A DNA stretch of 32,000 nt. It comes from Candidatus Saccharimonadota bacterium (lineage in GTDB: Bacteria; Bacteroidota; Bacteroidia; Cytophagales; Amoebophilaceae). The translations under genes and the position numbers were made by a program. Numbering within the stretch: the first letter of the stretch is position 1; each line of letters starts with the position of its first letter. Location: positions 900,001-932,000 of the forward strand of contig NZ_CP022339.1 of NCBI RefSeq assembly GCF_003351905.1, read 5' to 3'. Below the pieces are notes generated by a model. The model saw only the letters and a list, made by a program, of their open reading frames with translations, was not told the DNA's origin and made no database searches. This document shows positions 26,714 to 32,000 of this stretch, piece after piece.

Positions 26714-27364
26714 ATGCTTGCCTACATTAGAATGACCAGTATCTTCCTATTGTGTTGTATACTTCAAAGCGGTTGTCCGACTAAGTGTTCTGAGCATCAA
26801 TCTAGTGTAGGGATAGGTCAGTTAAGTGATGCTGCATCCTATGCACAAACGTTGGATCCAAGCGTCAAAGCGCAAATTTTTGCTTTCTTAAAGAACGATT
26901 TGTTTTACAAACGTTACTTAGGAAGAATAGGTGCTCCCCGCGACCTCTTGCCTGAGCAGCTTTCTTTAGCTCAAAAAGAGGAGTGGGAGCAAGTCTATTT
27001 GCTATTTGTTGACTTATATCGTATCATTTGTAAAGTCGTTGAACATTTTGAGCTACAAGAGGCGCCTGGGTCGTTAGATGATCCGAGGGTAGCCATTATG
27101 GAAGCTCTATTTATGAAAGACGTTAACCCTCTAGAAGGTCCTGAAACGAAAGCGTTGGTTTTAAGTTTCAAGCGGCTATGGGCTACCATTCAACAGCATT
27201 ATATGGCCCCATTTGATCGTTATATAAATGGAGGTGATCATGAGACGTTAAAAAAATCCATTCATAATGGACGAAAAGCAACCTATCTAGCGCTTGTAGA
27301 TTTTTGTAAAGCTGTGGTCAACAGTGAGCCGGAAGATGCAGCAGAAAAGGGGGATGGCGCATAA
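26714..27364 (+). CDS. hypothetical lipoprotein (orphan)
   Basis: 216-aa ORF. Signal peptide ..IFLLCCILQSGC. No recognisable domain. Confidence 0.65.
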   Translation: MLAYIRMTSIFLLCCILQSGCPTKCSEHQSSVGIGQLSDAASYAQTLDPSVKAQIFAFLKNDLFYKRYLGRIGAPRDLLPEQLSLAQKEEWEQVYLLFVDLYRIICKVVEHFELQEAPGSLDDPRVAIMEALFMKDVNPLEGPETKALVLSFKRLWATIQQHYMAPFDRYINGGDHETLKKSIHNGRKATYLALVDFCKAVVNSEPEDAAEKGDGA

Positions 27365-27680
27365 TCAACACGCTATCTATCATAAAAGTAAAATGCGCCT
27401 TTTTAAAAAAGTGTGGTTAGATCCCTATTGTATTGTAACCATTTTGTTCGTTGTATGGATGTGTTTTTTGGATGATCAGAATCTGTTTGTACAGTATAGG
27501 CTGTACCAGCGTTGGCAAAAATTGCAAACAGATGTGATCGATTATAATCTACAGATTAAACAGATTAAGAAAGAAAAAGTAGAGCTTATGCATAATATGG
27601 ATTGCTTAGAAAAGTTTGCTCGTGAAAAATATTATATGAAACGCGAGCAAGAAGATGTATATGTTATTATAAGAGAATAG
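27354..27680 (+). CDS. ftsB: septum formation initiator family protein (FtsB/DivIC-like)
   Basis: One TM segment, a coiled coil and the C-terminal signature ..LEKFAREKYYMKREQEDVYVI typical of Bacteroidota FtsB/DivIC-family proteins. Start uncertain (ATG 27354 or ATG 27393; the track uses GTG 27324). Confidence 0.75.
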   Translation: MAHNQHAIYHKSKMRLFKKVWLDPYCIVTILFVVWMCFLDDQNLFVQYRLYQRWQKLQTDVIDYNLQIKQIKKEKVELMHNMDCLEKFAREKYYMKREQEDVYVIIRE

Positions 27681-27745
27681 TATCTGTTCAACGCTATGTC
27701 TATAGTAGGTAGATCCCCCTGTAAAAAGTTTCGATCCAAAATCGG

Positions 27746-28003
27746 GTATCTGTTCACGATACTGGTTCATAGTGCATTTTATTCCACTTTTTTCTTGATA
27801 AAAAAGTGGACAAAAAATCAAGCCCTCGGTAAAAAGTCGCTGAAAGTGTCATCTTACAGATGGAAAAACAGCAAGCGCCCCCTACGGGGGCTTAAAAGGA
27901 AACTGTTTTTCCTAATCATCTGTAAAATGCCACTTTCTAAAACGCGACTTTTTTCAGGGGCGTTGTTCTTTTAACGCAAAAAACCACTGCGCTGAACACA
28001 TAC
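27746..28003 (-). mobile_element. family-1 MITE, copy B, flanked by a perfect 9-bp direct repeat
   Basis: Its reverse complement aligns over the full length with copies A and C. Termini are gtatctgttcacgatactggtt... / ...aaccactgcgctgaacacatac. CAAAATCGG occurs at 27737-27745 and again at 28004-28012. Confidence 0.85.
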
Positions 28004-28110
28004 CAAAATCGGAGCTTAACAATAATTCTATTGCTTGATTTTTTGCTTGTGCTTTTAACAAGAACAAGATCAATATGCCTTATGGCTTAAACTTTACTAT
28101 AAGGCCACCT

Positions 28111-28893
28111 TTAGACCCGTCTCATGCTGAGTATTTTTACCAAATTGGACCCATATAACCTATCCATAGACTTTGCAATTGATGCTGCATTGCTGCCATA
28201 TATATCTTTTATAAATGGATTTGCCTTATATTGTATTAAAAGGTTAATCATATCCTCAGTCATATGCGCACCATCTAGTACTAATAATGCATTCATTAAA
28301 GGTGTAAATTCATAAATATCTTGTATATCCACATTGGCCCCCTTAGCTAATAGATAGCGAACAAGGTCTTTCTTATCATACTGAACGCCGTATATTAATA
28401 GGCTCCAACCTGTTGGTGTATGCTTTGCATCTATATTTAGGCCTTGATCCAGCCAATACTTTGTTCTTTTTATCGAAAATCCGCTACTTCGAATATCCTC
28501 TAGGATCTTTTCCTCTAAGATCTTGTTATCTAAGATACTATTTTCTAATGCTACGCTATTCGAGGGGGCCTCATTAGTGACCCAGTTGGAGAGTTGCCTA
28601 TGCCTATTAGGTATCAAGCCTGCTGGTGATTTTGCTATCGCGTTAATAATGAATGCTTCTTGTGGAGTAATTATGTTGGATGATGGTGTAGTACCAGTGG
28701 CCGGCATCGTACTGGTATAGCGATCAGTTCGTATCAGTGATACACCAATGTCTAAACTATTATTATTGCTATCTATATTAGATAGACCTAAATGATTGCT
28801 CATGCTTCTTGTGCTTACACAGGCAGATAAGATAGGTAAACTGCATAGCCCAATGAATAAACCTACTCTACGATAGTGTGTATATATATGCAT
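28111..28893 (-). CDS. ankyrin-repeat lipoprotein
   Basis: Signal peptide MHIYTHYRRVGLFIGLCSLPILSAC (lipobox L-S-A-C). C-terminal ANK repeats: TGWSLLIYGVQYDKKDLVRYLLAKGANVDIQD..FTPLMNALL.. Confidence 0.82.
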   Translation of the reverse strand: MHIYTHYRRVGLFIGLCSLPILSACVSTRSMSNHLGLSNIDSNNNSLDIGVSLIRTDRYTSTMPATGTTPSSNIITPQEAFIINAIAKSPAGLIPNRHRQLSNWVTNEAPSNSVALENSILDNKILEEKILEDIRSSGFSIKRTKYWLDQGLNIDAKHTPTGWSLLIYGVQYDKKDLVRYLLAKGANVDIQDIYEFTPLMNALLVLDGAHMTEDMINLLIQYKANPFIKDIYGSNAASIAKSMDRLYGSNLVKILSMRRV

Positions 28894-29443
28894 AATATGA
28901 ACTGTTTAAGGTTTATGTTACAATTAGTCAATCAGCATTATTTCAATGCGTATAGCATACCTATGCGCCATCTGCTTAACCCTAAATAAGCAAAGATCCT
29001 TAATACAGGCGTAATGGAATCGATAGGACCTATTGATTAGGTATAAACGATGTATTTAATTAATAATAAAAAATAAATATAATTCCAAGTAAATATGTGT
29101 CAAGTATACATAATTTACTAATCGGTCGAACAATGGTGTCAACTTAATTTGTTAATTTTATTGATAGTCAAATAAAATATCATTTTAATTACCATTTGTT
29201 TCCATGGCGTTAACTTTTTATCGGCGGCCATGAGCGCTGGAATATACCCACGATCCATTTACTCCCCTGTGCTAGAATAGGTTTCCCCTTAAGTGGCTTA
29301 TTGTTATATTTTTATCGATTGGATAAGCGGTAAATGCTCCATTTTGTATGCCCCATATTTTAAAAATATTAGCTGCATTCAAATTATTAAGGTAAGTTTG
29401 GGGATTATTGTGATGTGGTATTAAGGTTTTTAATAACAGCTAT

Positions 29444-30310
29444 ATGTCGATTGCCATACATAGCAGAAAAGTTTGTCCAGCTAGTCTAGCATTTTTAGAG
29501 CAGCTCCTTTCTTTAGCAGAAGCATACCAAAAACGTGTGATGGTGTCTACTGTTTTAGCTGCATTACTTCCTACATCTATTGGTACGTTATACCCATTAT
29601 CCCTTTTTGAGTTAGAACAGTTACCCTTGCAATTGGATCTAGAATTGATGATCAGTATAGGCGGAGATGGGACTTTTTTGGAGACCATTCATTACCTTAA
29701 AGATCATACGATTCCTATATTGGGGATGCATACAGGTAATTTGGGCTTTTTAACTAGGGCTACCCCTAGAGAAGCTGTTGCTGGACTGATAGGATTTTTT
29801 GAGGGCAGTTATGCCCTAGAGGCGCGCACTCTATTGGCCTTATATCAGGCAACTGTACCTGTTGCTTTTGCACTGAATGAAGTAGCCTTGCTGAAGCGAG
29901 AGCGGGCTAATTTACTCACTATTGAGGCCTATATAGATGGGCAATTCATTACTACCTATCGAGCGGATGGGTTGATTGTTGCTACACCTACCGGTTCTAC
30001 TGCTTATTCGCTGAGTTGCGCAGGCCCTATTGTGTTGACCAGTTCCAATAGTTTCGTGATTACGCCTATAAGTCCGCATAACCTCGCCCTACGCCCTTTG
30101 GTGGTGCCCGACACCGCTTTATTAAGTTTTTTAGTTAAAAGTCAAGAAGTGCTCGTTTCTGCAGATGGAAGAGCGGTGCCTATAACTACTCAACAACCAT
30201 TTGTGGTTAAAAAAGCGCCCTATTCATTGAAGCTGGTCCAGTTTAGCCAGGCCACTATTTTTGATGTGTTGCGTGAAAAATTTTACTGGGGATTGGATGC
30301 CAGAAAGTAG
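29444..30310 (+). CDS. nadK: NAD+ kinase
   Basis: GGDGTFL, NLGFLT and DGLIVATPTGSTAYSLSCAGPIV motifs. Confidence 0.92.
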   Translation: MSIAIHSRKVCPASLAFLEQLLSLAEAYQKRVMVSTVLAALLPTSIGTLYPLSLFELEQLPLQLDLELMISIGGDGTFLETIHYLKDHTIPILGMHTGNLGFLTRATPREAVAGLIGFFEGSYALEARTLLALYQATVPVAFALNEVALLKRERANLLTIEAYIDGQFITTYRADGLIVATPTGSTAYSLSCAGPIVLTSSNSFVITPISPHNLALRPLVVPDTALLSFLVKSQEVLVSADGRAVPITTQQPFVVKKAPYSLKLVQFSQATIFDVLREKFYWGLDARK

Positions 30311-30490
30311 TAAGATGTAGTAGTTAATATTTAATTATGGCAGGAAGTAAAAGTTAGGCCTTACAGTTGTCAGTTAAGTTTATGTTAGGTATGCTCCTAA
30401 CATACGCGATTTGATTATTTTTTTCAAATACTAATTTTTGTGTTTGTTCACGAAACGGGTTCGTAAGGCCATTTTATTTTTACTTTTTTT

Positions 30491-30747
30491 GTATGTATTC
30501 AGCGCAGTGGTTTTTTGCGTCAAAAGAACCGCCCCTGTAAAAAGTCGTGGTGTAGAAAGTGGCATTTTACAGATGATGTGGAAAAACAGTTGCCTTTAAA
30601 GCCCCCAAAGTGGGCGCTTTCTGTTTTTCCATCTGTAAGATGACACTTTCAGCGACTTTTTGCCGAGGGCTTGATTTTTTGTCCACTTTTTTATCAAGCA
30701 AAAAGTGGGATAAAATTCATTATGAACCAGTATCGTGAAAAGATACC
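30491..30747 (+). mobile_element. family-1 MITE, copy C, followed by a short inverted fragment (30748-30773)
   Basis: gtatgtattcagcgcagtggtt... to ...aaccagtatcgtgaaaagatacc. Near-identical blocks shared with copies A and B throughout. The following ttttttcttgataaaaaatcaagcgc resembles an internally deleted inverted piece of the element's right arm. Confidence 0.8.
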
Positions 30748-31150
30748 TTTTTTCTTGATAAAAAATCAAGCGCATTGTTGTTAGGCAGTTAGGGGTGTTG
30801 TGGCTGCGGATAAAGGAATATTGCATTTGACTTTCAAATAGTCTATTGGATAGTAGTGCGTTGAAGCTTTGATTTTTGTATAAATTATATTATACTGCAT
30901 TAATCTGTATTTGAGTATGATTCTTTATAATACAGAAGGTTCTGGTATGTCTACTTAAGTCAGTTTGCTGTTCAAAAGAATAAGGTGTTCATACCTTATG
31001 TTCAACAATCATACGATTGCTAAGCCCGGCTAATGGTTATTGGTCTGCTTGCACGTTGTGTTAATGGAGAGTCGCTAATAAGCAGGGCGCTGTTGGCTGT
31101 TAAGTAGCCATACTATCCTATCATTTTTATTAAAAACAAAAAACAAAACA

Positions 31151-32000
31151 ATGGATAAAGATTTAAAACAAACAGATCACCTCAAATCGTCCAGCCATGC
31201 GTCAAAAAAGATTGTGGCTTTGTCATTTGTAGCTGCTGTGCAAACTGTGTCTTGTATAAGTGGTAGACGTCAAGGAGCAGCTCCTGTTCGTGAATCTACT
31301 CCTCTGTTATCTCTGAGTTTATCTGAATTTAAGAAGATACAGAAGGAGACAGCTAATACTGTTTCAGAAATATTTGCTAAACCCGATGAGGCATTGGCTA
31401 AATCACATGCGCAAGCCGCTTTTTTCAAGGCTATAGAAAAAGATGATTTAAAAGAAGTTCAGTGTTTGTTTCAGAATCAACAGATTCGCCCTAATACAGC
31501 AGAGAATCTTTTGAATTTACTTGTTCGGGCACTTCAGTGTAAGCGTGAAAAAATATTTAACTTTTTATTCGACGAATTCTTGAAAATATTTGACACTTCT
31601 GATTTAGAGTGTTTATATGCAAAAAATGAGGAGGGGCAAACGCTGCTGCATGTAGTCATTAGGCATAGGTTAAAGCCTACAATAGAGTCGCTAGTGGATA
31701 AGTTGCCTTTACAAGGTTTATGTGTGGGAGATAATCAGGGAAGGACACCATTAGACTTAGCTATTGCATCTAATCAGATCCATACTGTCGAGTTATTGGT
31801 AAAGAAGAAACTTCCTGCTCAAGAATTGGTTAAGGGCGTAATCTTAGCACTGAAGTATCAAGATACACTATCATTTAGGTATAAGCGTGAAAAAATAGTG
31901 CATTGTTTATTGAAAGCATTGTTGGAACAATGTGCCGTTTCTTCTCTAGGGCATTTATCTGCGAAAGATGAAAAAGGGAGGACCTTGCTACATCTATTGA
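31151..32000 (+). CDS. ankyrin-repeat lipoprotein, N-terminal part (continues beyond the window end)
   Basis: Hand translation: MDKDLKQTDHLKSSSHASKKIVALSFVAAVQTVSC.. (lipobox-like T-V-S-C), then ..EEGQTLLHVVIRH.., DNQGRTPLDLAIASNQIHTVELLVKK.., DEKGRTLLHLL. No stop before 32000, so it is absent from the ORF track. Confidence 0.8.
   Translation, partial: MDKDLKQTDHLKSSSHASKKIVALSFVAAVQTVSCISGRRQGAAPVRESTPLLSLSLSEFKKIQKETANTVSEIFAKPDEALAKSHAQAAFFKAIEKDDLKEVQCLFQNQQIRPNTAENLLNLLVRALQCKREKIFNFLFDEFLKIFDTSDLECLYAKNEEGQTLLHVVIRHRLKPTIESLVDKLPLQGLCVGDNQGRTPLDLAIASNQIHTVELLVKKKLPAQELVKGVILALKYQDTLSFRYKREKIVHCLLKALLEQCAVSSLGHLSAKDEKGRTLLHLL

Noticed and set aside
27696-27974. 92-aa ORF, and the similar 76-aa ORF at 30596-30826, sharing ..LIKKWTKNQALGKKSLKVSSYRWKN.KRPL..
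   Set aside because: Both are read-throughs of family-1 MITE copies B and C. In copy A (9150-9403) the same frame hits a stop (..tcaagccctcggtaa). The similarity is therefore explained by the DNA repeat, not by a conserved protein.
29200-29440. Possible decayed gene on the minus strand upstream of nadK (short frames such as NGAFTAYPIDKNITISHLRGNLF and GSKWIVGIFQRSWPPIKKL).
   Set aside because: The frames are broken by stops after ~20 codons and I recognise no motif. It cannot be distinguished from random AT-rich sequence without a database search.
2366-30773. Whether the repeated sequences could be a CRISPR array or a scattered CRISPR-like locus.
   Set aside because: The copies are 90-260 bp, kilobases apart, in both orientations and without regular spacers. 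The TIRs and the TSD indicate transposable elements.

Overview
AT-rich chromosome segment with Bacteroidota-type gene content. The housekeeping backbone is hisS (partial), fadD-mraY, smpB plus tmRNA, rimM, a 14.2-kb ribosomal-protein/secY/infA/rpoA supercluster (rplC to rplQ, 11887-26131), an ftsB/divIC-like gene and nadK. Between these blocks sit accessory genes: three ankyrin-repeat loci (one frameshifted, one running off the window end), a eukaryotic-type RING-H2 zinc-finger ORF and several orphan proteins. Nearly all of these carry lipoprotein-type signal peptides. This profile fits an intracellular symbiont of eukaryotes (Amoebophilus/Cardinium-like), but that placement is inference only. 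The most unusual sequence-level signals are two families of non-autonomous repeats. Family 1 is a ~255-260 bp MITE with ~22-bp terminal inverted repeats, a long internal hairpin and, in one copy, a perfect 9-bp target-site duplication. It has three full copies, one 91-bp mini-derivative and fragments, and one copy lies directly 3' of tmRNA. Family 2 is a ~140-147 bp palindromic-ended element that sits in three normally tight spacers inside the ribosomal-protein operons, with solo-end fragments elsewhere. An IS4/IS5-type transposase relic is also present. I saw no rRNA, tRNA, CRISPR array, or recognisable defence or toxin-antitoxin system. Homology statements come from reading translated motifs by eye; no database search was run.
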